Of a DNA stretch of 64,000 nt, positions 19,173 to 28,628 are shown one piece after another. This DNA is from Kiritimatiellia bacterium. GTDB lineage: Bacteria; Verrucomicrobiota; Kiritimatiellia; RFP12; UBA1067. A program made the translations under genes and the position numbers. The stretch's first letter is position 1. Every line of letters starts with the position of its first letter. The DNA is taken from assembly GCA_028700415.1 (NCBI GenBank), contig JAQVSS010000001.1, positions 955 through 64,954 on the forward strand. The letters run 5' to 3'. The notes under the pieces were generated by a model. It ran no database searches, was not told the origin of the DNA, and saw nothing but the letters and a program-made list of their open reading frames with translations.

Positions 19173-19808
19173 GTGAGTGCAGCCTCTGCCATCCTGCTTA
19201 CCACGGCCTGTGCGGGTTTGCTCGCCGGCGCAAACACGTTGACCTTTTTGACCGCCGCCGTTTCCGCAGCCGCCGCTTCCTGGCTGTGGTGTTTCCCTGT
19301 CTTGACGCACGCGCGCGAACTCTATGTCACCCTTGACCCGCAGAGCCCCAATGGCACACACGTTCTTGAGGCGATCCGCGAAGCCCTCGCACTCATCCAG
19401 CGAACCCGGTGCCCCGTCCTTCTGCGCATAACCGCAATCAGCCGTTTCGCCCGGCCGACTTTCCGGATCGATTTGGACCGCAACGGCGATCTCGAACTTT
19501 TTTGGAATGCCCGCCGCATCGCACTGAAGCAGCCCGGTGTCTGGCTCCCGGACCATCCCCTTCCCCTCACTTTGCCGAACACCCTCAGCATTTCCCTGAG
19601 GCTAGAGCCGTGCGGCACAGAACGGATCCGCGCGTCACTCGCGCCGTGGCCTGTCGCACGCAGGTCCTGCCCATGGTTTGTGATCGCGCTAGGGATCGTT
19701 GTGGCCTGCGTCCTCGACACCGCCTGGCTGCTCGCGGCCATACTCGGGTTTGCGGCACAATCCTATCTGTTGCACTACCAAGCGCAACGTGCGCCCGACA
19801 ATCCATAG
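19173..19808 (+). CDS. hypothetical membrane protein
   Basis: Hydrophobic segments at both ends; no recognised family; 120-nt convergent overlap with next gene. Confidence 0.45.
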   Translation: MSAASAILLTTACAGLLAGANTLTFLTAAVSAAAASWLWCFPVLTHARELYVTLDPQSPNGTHVLEAIREALALIQRTRCPVLLRITAISRFARPTFRIDLDRNGDLELFWNARRIALKQPGVWLPDHPLPLTLPNTLSISLRLEPCGTERIRASLAPWPVARRSCPWFVIALGIVVACVLDTAWLLAAILGFAAQSYLLHYQAQRAPDNP

Positions 19809-20546
19809 GTCGAGCGCCGCCGAACGGTTGCCCAAATAATAAGCGTCCAACAGACACATTTCATCGAACGTGCGCTCATTGCGTCCCGACACCTGCCATA
19901 ACCCCGTCATCCCCGGCAGCCCCTTCAACCTCAGAGCCTGTTCCGGCCGCGTATAGTGCCCCTGATCGCTCGCCGGCAAAGGGCGCGGACCTACCAGGCG
20001 CATCTCGCCGCGCGCCACATTGAACAGCTGCGGCAACTCGTCCAGAAACGTCCACCGCAGAAAACCGCCCACCCTGGTCACCCGCGGATCGCTCTCCAAT
20101 TTGAACAGTTGCCCCTTTTTCCCCAGTTTGCGTTGCAACCTTGCGTGCAACCGTTCGGACCGCCTTACCATCGTGCGAAACTTGAAGAGCGTGAAATGGT
20201 GCCCCTCACACCCGTACCGTTCCTGCCGGAAAAAAACCGGTGCCCCATCGAACACAAAAACCAATACGGCTACCGTCACGAAAACCGGTGCCAGGGCTGC
20301 CATGAGAGCAACCGCCAGTCCGCGTTCCCAATACGGACACCCGTCCAGGACAGGAGGCGGCTCCCGGAAAACAAAATGCCCCGCCGTCTCACCACGCGCC
20401 CGGGGACGGCAGCCCGCACCGTACACCAACACAGGCAAACAGGAGGCGGGTACGGCAGCCTCCCCCCCAGACCGCACAACGCCATCAACGAACGCGAGGA
20501 TTTCCCCCACCCCCGCGTTTCCCGGATCTTTGAAGAAGTGTGTCAT
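19689..20546 (-). CDS. bacterial sugar transferase (polyprenyl-phosphate glycosylphosphotransferase)
   Basis: FFRQERYG, FKFRTM, DPRVTRVG.FLR, LDELPQLFNV.RGEM.LVGPRP, PGMTGLWQV. Confidence 0.92.
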   Translation of the reverse strand: MTHFFKDPGNAGVGEILAFVDGVVRSGGEAAVPASCLPVLVYGAGCRPRARGETAGHFVFREPPPVLDGCPYWERGLAVALMAALAPVFVTVAVLVFVFDGAPVFFRQERYGCEGHHFTLFKFRTMVRRSERLHARLQRKLGKKGQLFKLESDPRVTRVGGFLRWTFLDELPQLFNVARGEMRLVGPRPLPASDQGHYTRPEQALRLKGLPGMTGLWQVSGRNERTFDEMCLLDAYYLGNRSAALDLWIVGRTLRLVVQQIGLCRKPEYGREQPGGVEDAGHNDP

Positions 20547-20642
20547 CCCTTTGTCTGGATAGTATCCGCTTTCTTCATCCCCTCATCAAGAATGGAAAAC
20601 ACGCCTTTACATCCCCCCGCCCGCCGCCCTACAATCCACGTC

Positions 20643-21137
20643 ATGCTGACCCCTGAATTTCACGCCTATTTCATGCGGCTCGCCATGCGCGAAGCCGCAA
20701 AAGCCGCCGAAGCGGAGGAAGTCCCCGCCGGTTGTGTCATCGTGCAGAAACCGCAGTCCCCCGGCATTCCGCTCGCAGCCGTCAAGGTGCTCGCCCGCGC
20801 CCATAACCAGACGGAACTGCTGAATGATTCCACCGCCCACGCCGAAATGATCGCGCTGACCCAAGCCTCGTCCGCGCTCGGCGACTGGCGGCTGACCGGA
20901 ACCATCCTGTATGTCACCAAAGAGCCGTGCCCCATGTGCGCGGGCGCGATCGTGCTTGCGCGTATACCTCTCGTCGTATGGGGCGTGTCCGATCCCAAAC
21001 GCGGCGGCCACTCGGTTTTCTCCATCTTGAACCACCCGAACCTCAACCACCGTCCGGAAATCCTCACCGGCGTGCTGGAACCCGAATGCCGCACTATGCT
21101 TCAGGAGTTCTTCCGCGCCCGCCGCGAGGAAAACTGA
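20643..21137 (+). CDS. tadA: tRNA adenosine(34) deaminase
   Basis: FMRLAMREA, EVPAGCVIV, TAHAEMIA, EPCPMCAGAI; start at ATG 20643. Confidence 0.93.
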   Translation: MLTPEFHAYFMRLAMREAAKAAEAEEVPAGCVIVQKPQSPGIPLAAVKVLARAHNQTELLNDSTAHAEMIALTQASSALGDWRLTGTILYVTKEPCPMCAGAIVLARIPLVVWGVSDPKRGGHSVFSILNHPNLNHRPEILTGVLEPECRTMLQEFFRARREEN

Positions 21138-21162
21138 CGGCTTCCTTTCCACCCAGTCCGCC

Positions 21163-22008
21163 ATGCCCGACGCATCCACCCTCTCCCCGCTGATCCTCTC
21201 AGCGAGCCGCGCCACAGACATCCCCGCTTGCCGCCTGGACTGGTTTCTCGACGCCTTGAATCAGGGCGGATGTGTCTGGCGAAACCCCTTCAACGGGAAA
21301 ACCGTCTGGGTCTCTTTCGCCCGTGCGCGCGTCATTGTCTTCTGGAGCAAGAACGCCGCGCCGCTCATGCCGCATCTCGCGCGCATCGAACAAAGCGGAC
21401 TCGCACCCTTTTTCCAGTTGACGGTAAACGACTACACACGCGAAGGTTTCGAACCCGGCGTGCCCCCCCTCGAAGCGCGCGTCGCGGCTTTCCGCGAGCT
21501 GGCTGAACGCTACGGCAAAGACCGCGTGGTATGGCGCTTTGATCCGCTCCTCCTATCGCGCACCACCCCCGTCGAAGAGTTGCTGCGCCGCGTGGCCGCG
21601 CTCGGCGACCGGCTCCACCCCTATACCTCGCGGCTGGTCTTCAGTTTCGCCGACCTGCACGCCTATCCCCGCGCCGCACGCCGTTGCGCCGCCGTTCATG
21701 CGGACATCCGCGAATTTGAGCCTGCCGAGATGACCGCCTTCGCCGCAGGCCTTGCCCCTCACCTCACACGCTGGAAAATCCCAGCCGCCACCTGCGGCGA
21801 GACGCTCGACCTTTCGCGTTACGGGATCGTCAAAAACGCCTGCATCGACGCGCAAACTTTCCTGCGCCTCGGACTGCTGACACATGAAGAGGCGCGCGCC
21901 GTCGCCAAGAAAGATCCGGGGCAACGCCGCGCCTGCGGCTGCACCCTCAGCAAAGACATTGGCGCTTACCGCACCTGCTCCCTCGGCTGCGTCTACTGCT
22001 ACGCCTAA
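21163..22008 (+). CDS. DUF1848 family protein (radical-SAM-like, C-terminal Cys cluster)
   Basis: ILSASRATDIPA, VFWSKN, VVWRFDP, KDPGQR..CGC..SKDIG.Y.TC..GCVYCYA. Confidence 0.88.
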   Translation: MPDASTLSPLILSASRATDIPACRLDWFLDALNQGGCVWRNPFNGKTVWVSFARARVIVFWSKNAAPLMPHLARIEQSGLAPFFQLTVNDYTREGFEPGVPPLEARVAAFRELAERYGKDRVVWRFDPLLLSRTTPVEELLRRVAALGDRLHPYTSRLVFSFADLHAYPRAARRCAAVHADIREFEPAEMTAFAAGLAPHLTRWKIPAATCGETLDLSRYGIVKNACIDAQTFLRLGLLTHEEARAVAKKDPGQRRACGCTLSKDIGAYRTCSLGCVYCYA

Positions 22009-22745
22009 GGTTCCCACCGTTCCGCATCCCCGCGTTGCGGCTTCCACTTCGGCCGCGTGCCGAACAACACCGTGCCCAACCGCACCCACGTTGCGCCTTC
22101 CTCGACAGCCACACGGTAATCGTTGCTCATGCCCATTGAAAGGTTGGGCAGACCGATGCCGAAATCTTTCTCCCACTGGTCGCGCAACCCGCGGAGTTTA
22201 GCGAAGACCGGCCGGGCCAGCTCCTCATCCGGACAGAATGGCGCCATGGTCATCAGCCCGGTCAGCGTGATGCTGCGGCAGCCGAGGGCGTATTCGATCA
22301 CCTCCGGCACCTGTTCGGGACGCACCCCGTCCTTGCTGGCTTCCCCGGACACGTTGACCTCAAGCAGGATTTCGGGACGGTGTCCGCCTTCCCCCGCCAC
22401 ATGCTCAATCTGTTCGAGCAGCCGCACGGAGTCGACCGAGTGAATGACGGAAAACAGTTCCAGCGCCGGACGCACCTTGTTGCGCTGCAGATGCCCGATC
22501 AGATGCCATTCGGGGCCGCTCACGCACTCCGGGATTTTCCACGCGGCCTCCTGCACCTTGTTCTCGCCGAACCGGCGTATGCCCGCCTCCCACGCCTCCC
22601 GGACAACCTCAGGGCCATGCGTTTTCGTCACGCCGATGATCTCGACCTCGTCCGGCTTGCGTCCCGCCTTGGCGCACGCCTCGGCGACGCCTGCCCTCAC
22701 CTCTTCCAAAAGTTGCGCAACCGTACGTTCGTTGTCCATGTCCAT
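22005..22745 (-). CDS. yggS: PLP homeostasis protein, YggS family
   Basis: VTKT, FGENKVQE, WHLIGHLQRNK, IHSVDS, LSMGMSND, VRLGT. Confidence 0.95.
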   Translation of the reverse strand: MDMDNERTVAQLLEEVRAGVAEACAKAGRKPDEVEIIGVTKTHGPEVVREAWEAGIRRFGENKVQEAAWKIPECVSGPEWHLIGHLQRNKVRPALELFSVIHSVDSVRLLEQIEHVAGEGGHRPEILLEVNVSGEASKDGVRPEQVPEVIEYALGCRSITLTGLMTMAPFCPDEELARPVFAKLRGLRDQWEKDFGIGLPNLSMGMSNDYRVAVEEGATWVRLGTVLFGTRPKWKPQRGDAERWEP

Positions 22746-22754
22746 TCAGTTCCT

Positions 22755-23813
22755 TCAGGTTGTTGTTTGTCTTAAAGAAATCGAAACCGGTTTGTCGTTC
22801 GGCAAATCCGCCAACAGGCACGCCAACATGCCGTCAGGGTTGAGAGCCCCGATCACGACGCGCTCCGCCGCATGAAGGACATACTGGTTGCACCATGCGG
22901 CGCGTGGGGCGCTGAAGCGGGTCTCGGTCGCGGGAAAAGGCGTGATCACGAGTAGCCGCCCCGAATCGATCGCGTGCTGAACGCGCGGGAAAAACGTCTC
23001 GGGAAAACCGCGCGCCAGCACCTGCACCATGGGTGTGCCGTCCGCCAGACACGCCTCGAAAACCGCCCGCTCCAAGGGGCTCAGGAACCCCGACATGACG
23101 CACGCGGGCGGGAACGGTAACGTCGGTGCGACCGGCATGTCCTCGCCGCACCGCGACGCCAGAAACGCGGTCTGGGGCAAAGCCAGCAACGCGCGGTTGC
23201 CGACCCCGAAACGCGGTTCGCCGTACCGCAGCACATCCCAGTTCGCAGGGTTGTCACGGATGTACGCACGGATGTTCGCCAGCGCCGTCTCGTTGCGGAC
23301 GATGATTTCGTAATAGTTGCGTTGCCACGGCGAATCGCCCCGCAACCATTTGGTGACCCCAATTTTGAAACCGCGCACGATGGACCCGACCGTTCGAGAT
23401 GTGCCGCACGGTAGGGGCGAATAATTATTCGCCCGCGCCTGCGAAATATCATCCGCCCGATTTTGCGAAGCACTCTGTTGCGAATCATCGTTCGCCCGCG
23501 TTGGGACAGGGGAGGGCGAATGATTATTCGCCCCTACGGGATACCCATCGCGCATATTCACGATAATGCCGTGGACATGGTCGGGCATGACCACCCATTC
23601 GTCCACTGCGGCGTGCGGGAAATGGTTCGGGATTTCGCGCCAACACGCGGCGGCAGCGCGCCCCGCGTCGTTCAACGCCATGCGGCCGTTGACCACCGTG
23701 CCGAAGAGCCGTCTGCGCCCTTCCGTGCAGACCGTCACAAAATACGCGCCCTGCAGCGAATAGTCGTACCCGCGCAACCGGATCGAACGCCGCTGAAACA
23801 CGGTTTCCGGCAT
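22755..23813 (-). mobile_element. REP-associated tyrosine transposase (RAYT, Y1/HUH) fused to a C-terminal DprA/SMF-like SLOG domain
   Basis: RRSIRLRGYDY, YFVTVCT, MPDHVHGII (HUH), WQRNYYE, YIRDNP (catalytic Tyr); C-terminal GNRALL..AFLASR, MSGFLSPLE, VLARG, RLLVITPF, WCNQYV. Confidence 0.85.
23411..23537. repeat. inverted REP doublet (REPIN-like) plus two degenerate units inside the RAYT coding sequence
   Basis: GTAG+GGGCGAATAATTATTCGCCC (23411-23434, perfect 20-bp palindrome) and inverse GGGCGAATGATTATTCGCCC+CTAC (23514-23537); degenerate copies at 23441-23458 and 23480-23497. Confidence 0.85.
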
Positions 23814-23816
23814 GAC

Positions 23817-23903
23817 CTACGCATCCTCCTCCCCGGCATCGCGCCCCATGCGGCACTTGATGTCGTAGTTGATGATGAAGTCCAGCTCCTCTTCCGTGAA
23901 ACC
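23817..23903 (-). pseudogene. orphan C-terminal 28 codons of an Eco57I/Type IIG-like restriction-modification methyltransferase gene
   Basis: Minus-strand translation GFTEEELDFIINYDIKCRMGRDAGEEDA*, no start codon, in-frame stop 10 codons upstream; matches my recollection of the terminal motif GFTEEELDFIINYDIKYRMG. Confidence 0.7.
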
Positions 23904-23942
23904 TGCGATCCAACCGCAAATAAACCCGCACTACTCTATCAA

Positions 23943-24539
23943 TCACACGTCCATGCGGCCGGTGATCGCGCGTTTGAGCGTCAGCGGATCGGAGTATCCC
24001 ACACCGCTGTCCGCGGGCAGTCCGAACGCCAGACGCGTCACACGCACGCCCAAGGGCTTCAGCAATTCGCCGATGTAACCGGCCGTGGCGTCGCCCTCCA
24101 TGTCCGTGCTCAAGGCGAGCAACACTTCCTTCACGCCACCGCGCGCCACGCGCTCGGAAAGCGTCCCCAAACGCAAATCGGCGGGCCCCGTTTGCTTGGA
24201 GGGTGAGAGTTTGCCCATAAGCGCGTGGTAACGGCCGTTGAATCCGCCGGAACGCTCGATCGAAAAAATATCGGAAGGTTCCTCCACCACGCAAAGCAAC
24301 GCATCGTCGCGCGTGGCATCCGTGCAAAGTCCACACGGCTCATGTCCTTTGGAGGTGAACCCGCCACAGACCGAACAGCAGCAGACCGAAGCCCGCGCCT
24401 CCTGCAACGCGGACACCAGCGTATCGAGAAGCAACTCGGGCTTGCGGAGCAGCGCAAGCGCCGCACGCTCCGCCGACCTTCTCCCCAACCCGGGAAGTCT
24501 GGACAGCGACCGGATCAGATTGTCGACCGGTGGCACCAT
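23943..24539 (-). CDS. recR: recombination mediator RecR
   Basis: LSRLPGLGRRSAER, C4 Zn finger, CVVEEP, TOPRIM EGDATA, TRLAFGLP. Confidence 0.97.
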   Translation of the reverse strand: MVPPVDNLIRSLSRLPGLGRRSAERAALALLRKPELLLDTLVSALQEARASVCCCSVCGGFTSKGHEPCGLCTDATRDDALLCVVEEPSDIFSIERSGGFNGRYHALMGKLSPSKQTGPADLRLGTLSERVARGGVKEVLLALSTDMEGDATAGYIGELLKPLGVRVTRLAFGLPADSGVGYSDPLTLKRAITGRMDV

Positions 24540-24546
24540 GGGGGTC

Positions 24547-24864
24547 TCAGCCTCCGAACATGTCGCCCATGCCGGAACCCTGCATCATTTTGGCCATGGC
24601 GTCCTGAGTCTGTTTCTTCACGCCCTTGAGCGCGCCGTTCACAACGTTGTTCAACATGGTCTCGAAGCGCTCCGGCTTGCCGGCGATCACTTCCTTAAGC
24701 GCCTCCTGCGACACCTTGAGCGACAGGATGGTGAAGTCGCCCCGCGCGACACATGTGATGCCGCCATTGGCGTACTCGAAGGTGATCTTCTCAATCTCCG
24801 CCTGAATGCGTTTCGCTTCCTTACGCATCTGCATCGCCTGTTTCACCTGATCCAGCATACCCAT
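24547..24864 (-). CDS. ybaB: nucleoid-associated protein YbaB/EbfC
   Basis: 105 aa, KQAMQM..IQAE, GGIT, adjacent to recR; RBS AAGGAG. Confidence 0.88.
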   Translation of the reverse strand: MGMLDQVKQAMQMRKEAKRIQAEIEKITFEYANGGITCVARGDFTILSLKVSQEALKEVIAGKPERFETMLNNVVNGALKGVKKQTQDAMAKMMQGSGMGDMFGG

Positions 24865-24954
24865 ACGTCAAACTCCTTAAATGATCGCGTGCCCAACCGC
24901 ACACGCTGTTCTGGTCTACTTGCAACCGAAGTTTATACAAACCCGCCCCACGCC

Positions 24955-26571
24955 TCAAGCCCGTTTGCGGACTTTCTGAAGAAACAACTCTAACAGCTCG
25001 CGCATTTCACTGACGCGCAGCCCGTAGGCGCTGATCACGTAGACCCCTCCGAACACCGCCCCCACAAGCCCCACCTTCAGCAGATCCCCGACCCGTCCGG
25101 ACAAACCCGCCACAAACTCTAGGCGATGGAGAACCAGCCACCCCACCGCTGAGGCCAGCCCGGCCGCCAACGTCACTCGCGCGAGAAAAGACAGCGTCTC
25201 GGCAAACGGGAAAACCGGCGCGTTCTTTTTCAACATCTCGACCAATGTCACGCACTTGAAAATGCGCGACACCGTAAACCCTCCCGCAATGAAGGCCAGC
25301 AGAATCAGCTCGTGTCCGCCACACATCTTGAGCCCCACCCAACTGATCAGAATGCTCAGGGAGGAGAACAGGATCCCGATCACCGTCACCGCCACCATAC
25401 GCCGGTTCGCGAAAAAGGCTTGCATCACCAACGCCTCGATGGCGGCCGCGGGAAGCACAAAGGTGTAGAACGAAAGCGAAACCGCCGTGCGGTGAACGGC
25501 CACCGCATCGAAATGCCCGCCCTTGAAGATCAATGCCGTCAGGGGTACAGCGGCAACCGCAACAAAGAGCGCGAAGGGCGCAAAAACAGAGAGCAGCATG
25601 CGTCCGAAACGCGTGACCAGCCGTCCGAGCCGCGCGTGGTCGTTCTTGTCCACCAGTTCACAGAAGAACGGGAAGACCGCGATCGAAAGCGTGTAAGGAA
25701 CTAAAAAAAGCAACGTGCTCTGCAGTTTCCGCCCCATCGAGTTGGCCTGCATCAGCCCCGACTCGTCCAACGCGCTCAGGACATACACGTTGTTATACTC
25801 ATCCCGCACCTTGGCCATAAGAATTCCCGCCAGCAGCGGCAACGCCAGCCAACACAAGCGCTTGAAAGCCGGATGCGAACATGCGAACTCTGGGCGGAAC
25901 AGATGCAGCTTGTCGCGCAAGCCGAACAGGTGCGTCCCCACCTTGCAGAGCGATCCCGCCACCAGTCCCCACATCAGCATCTGCGCGTTGTCCCTCGCCA
26001 ACAGGGCGCCGACAATCAGAAAAATCACCACACAGAATTTCCAAACGGCATCCCCGAATGCCGCCAGAAAGAACCGTTTGTACCCGTTCAGCAGCACGTA
26101 GGTTGTGGATCCCAACGAAAGGCCAATCACCGCAGGCGCAAGTGTCCGGACACTCTTTGCGGCCAACTCATACTTTTCGGGGGAGGCCCCTGCGCTCCAC
26201 GTTGTCAAGAACTCAACCACCGCGTGAGGCACAAGACAGAACACACACGCCACAACCACCAACAAGATAAACTGAAGAGTCAGCACGGTATTGGCGAACG
26301 TCCACGCGCTCTTTTCGGATTCGGCATCCAACTCGCGCATAAAGACAGGCATGAACGACGGCCCCAGTACCTCCTCGCCGATCAGAAACAGCATAAAGAT
26401 GCAGTTTTCAAAGGCAAAGGCATACACGACATCAAAGGTGCCTTGAGGCAAATAGTGCCCCATCACCTTCGCCTGAATCAAACCGGCCAGTTTGAACAGC
26501 ACATGCGCAATCAGAACGAAAACACTCGCTTTGAAAATGTGCCGCTCCAGGCTCGCCTTACGTTCACCCAT
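24955..26571 (-). CDS. murJ: lipid II flippase MurJ/MviN family
   Basis: Polytopic MOP-family protein; GEEVLGPSFMPVF, AVFP, LIFKGGHFD, QAFFA. Confidence 0.8.
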   Translation of the reverse strand: MGERKASLERHIFKASVFVLIAHVLFKLAGLIQAKVMGHYLPQGTFDVVYAFAFENCIFMLFLIGEEVLGPSFMPVFMRELDAESEKSAWTFANTVLTLQFILLVVVACVFCLVPHAVVEFLTTWSAGASPEKYELAAKSVRTLAPAVIGLSLGSTTYVLLNGYKRFFLAAFGDAVWKFCVVIFLIVGALLARDNAQMLMWGLVAGSLCKVGTHLFGLRDKLHLFRPEFACSHPAFKRLCWLALPLLAGILMAKVRDEYNNVYVLSALDESGLMQANSMGRKLQSTLLFLVPYTLSIAVFPFFCELVDKNDHARLGRLVTRFGRMLLSVFAPFALFVAVAAVPLTALIFKGGHFDAVAVHRTAVSLSFYTFVLPAAAIEALVMQAFFANRRMVAVTVIGILFSSLSILISWVGLKMCGGHELILLAFIAGGFTVSRIFKCVTLVEMLKKNAPVFPFAETLSFLARVTLAAGLASAVGWLVLHRLEFVAGLSGRVGDLLKVGLVGAVFGGVYVISAYGLRVSEMRELLELFLQKVRKRA

Positions 26572-26642
26572 CTATCCCCCTTTTGGTGAAACACCGTTTC
26601 CCCGACACCGGCCTTCCCCCTGCACCGGCATCGCGACGCACT

Positions 26643-28625
26643 TTACTCCATCATCTGCATATCGCACAACTTGCGGTAGGACCCTCCTGCCGCGTACAGT
26701 TGCTCATGCGTCCCCCGCTCGATGATGACGCCTTTTTCCATCACCAGAATCAGGTTCGCGTTGCGGATTGTGCTGAGCCGGTGAGCGATCGCAAACGTCG
26801 TCCGGTTCGCCATCAGCGCGTTGATCGCGTCCTGCACCAGACGCTCCGTCACCGTATCCAGCGCGCTGGTCGCCTCATCCAAGATCAGGATCGGCGGATT
26901 TTTGAGGATCGCCCGCGCGATCGCGATCCGTTGCCGCTCGCCGCCGCTCAACGAGAACCCCTTCTCGCCCACGATCCGGTCATACCCCTCCGGCTGCGCC
27001 ATGATAAACTCATGCGCGTTCGCCATCCGGGCTGCCGCGATCACCTGCTCGCGTGTCGCGTCGGGAGAACCGTACGCGATGTTATTGGCGACCGTATCGT
27101 TGAAAAGCACGGTTTCCTGTGTCACGACTCCAATCAGCTTGCGCAGATCACACACGTCCATCTGCCGCAGGTCGACCCCGTCCATCGTCACCGCCCCCGA
27201 CAGGGGATCATAAAAGCGCGCCAAAAGATTCGCCACCGTGGTCTTGCCCGCGCCGGTGCCTCCGACCACCGCCACGATCTCCCCGCGCGGTATGCTGAAC
27301 GAGACATCCCTGACCGTGAGCCCCGAAGACGGTTGATACGCGAAACACACATGGTCGAAATGCACACGGTCTTCAAAGCTGGACTTGCGTATCGGATCTG
27401 CCGCCGCCGGAAGGCTGAAATCCGTGTCCAACAGGGAGAACATGCGGGCCAGCGCCGCACGCCCCCGCTCGATCTGCGCCTGGACTTTCCCCAATTGCTT
27501 CATGGGACGGTAGGCCACAAGAAACGGGACGAGCAACGGCGCGATTTCATCGATCGCAAGTTTTCGGAAAAAGCAGTAGATCACAAAAACAAAAATCAGG
27601 AAAACACCCGCACACTCGACTGCCGGCGTGATCAGCAGCTCCAACCGGACCGCCCGCAGCACGCTTTTCATGTAGTATTGGTTCACCTGTTTGTACTTAT
27701 TGATTTCGAATTCTTCCGTATGGTAGGCCTTGACCACCCGGATACACGTCAGGTTTTCGTGGATCTTCGACACGATGAACGAGATGCGGTGCAACGCCTT
27801 ACGCGACCATTTACGGACCATCGTACCCAACAACGCCATCGGCAAGAGAAAAAGAGGGAACCCGAACAAGACAAGCACAAGTGTTTCAATCATGCCGTTT
27901 TTGACGGCAAAATAAATCACATACCCGACTGCCACCAGAATTTCAAACGGAGCACGGCAAATATCGGCTAGCGTATGCGCGATCACATGATCCACCTGTT
28001 GCGGATCACTCGTGCACCTGCTCATCAATTGCCCCACATCGGTCCGCCCGAAAAAAGTGAGCGACTGTTTCTGCAGATGAATGAACAAATCTTGCCGGAA
28101 ATCCTGCACGACCTTTGCTCCCGTCCAACGCAAGAAATAGTGGTTGAGGTACATGGCCACCATCTTGACCAGCATGACAAGCGGCACCACGAAAAGAGAG
28201 ATCAACAACAGTTGCCCCGTCATATGCCCCTCTTTATCGCGGAATGTGATGCCGAGGCGGTTACCGAATTTCTCAACCTTGCCAAACCATGACGGCAACT
28301 GCTCGTCCGCAGAGTGGGGTGATTTGCCCTGCGCATCACTATTGACCAAGCCTTTCAGGCTGTCATCAAGGAATTTCTGATGCCTTGCTTTTTCGGCTCT
28401 GCCCGCCTTGGGAACGGCGACCCCGACCCCATGGCTTTGGCTTTCACTTGCCTGCACCTGCTTGAGCACCGGTTGGATCACCTGAAAAATCGGCACCCAC
28501 GAACCCGCCGTGATCGACCCCGCCAGAAGCCCCGCGAGCAGGCGAACGCGATATTTGCACGCATATCGATATAACCGTCCGTACGCTTGCTTAGCCGAAT
28601 ACTCTTTGTCGAAAAATTCTGCCAT
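26643..28625 (-). CDS. ABC exporter, MsbA-like permease + ATPase
   Basis: TM domain; GGTGAGKT, LSGGERQR, ILDEATSALD, IAHRLST. Confidence 0.92.
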   Translation of the reverse strand: MAEFFDKEYSAKQAYGRLYRYACKYRVRLLAGLLAGSITAGSWVPIFQVIQPVLKQVQASESQSHGVGVAVPKAGRAEKARHQKFLDDSLKGLVNSDAQGKSPHSADEQLPSWFGKVEKFGNRLGITFRDKEGHMTGQLLLISLFVVPLVMLVKMVAMYLNHYFLRWTGAKVVQDFRQDLFIHLQKQSLTFFGRTDVGQLMSRCTSDPQQVDHVIAHTLADICRAPFEILVAVGYVIYFAVKNGMIETLVLVLFGFPLFLLPMALLGTMVRKWSRKALHRISFIVSKIHENLTCIRVVKAYHTEEFEINKYKQVNQYYMKSVLRAVRLELLITPAVECAGVFLIFVFVIYCFFRKLAIDEIAPLLVPFLVAYRPMKQLGKVQAQIERGRAALARMFSLLDTDFSLPAAADPIRKSSFEDRVHFDHVCFAYQPSSGLTVRDVSFSIPRGEIVAVVGGTGAGKTTVANLLARFYDPLSGAVTMDGVDLRQMDVCDLRKLIGVVTQETVLFNDTVANNIAYGSPDATREQVIAAARMANAHEFIMAQPEGYDRIVGEKGFSLSGGERQRIAIARAILKNPPILILDEATSALDTVTERLVQDAINALMANRTTFAIAHRLSTIRNANLILVMEKGVIIERGTHEQLYAAGGSYRKLCDMQMME

Positions 28626-28628
28626 ACT

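Noticed and set aside
19956..20642. Long N-terminal extension of TadA in the ORF track
   Set aside because: Overlaps the sugar transferase antisense; a promoter and ATG at 20643 give a normal-length TadA
23411..23537. Possible mini-CRISPR array (four similar palindromic units)
   Set aside because: Outer units are inverted, spacers are irregular and short, GTAG feet indicate REP, it is inside a CDS, and no cas genes are present
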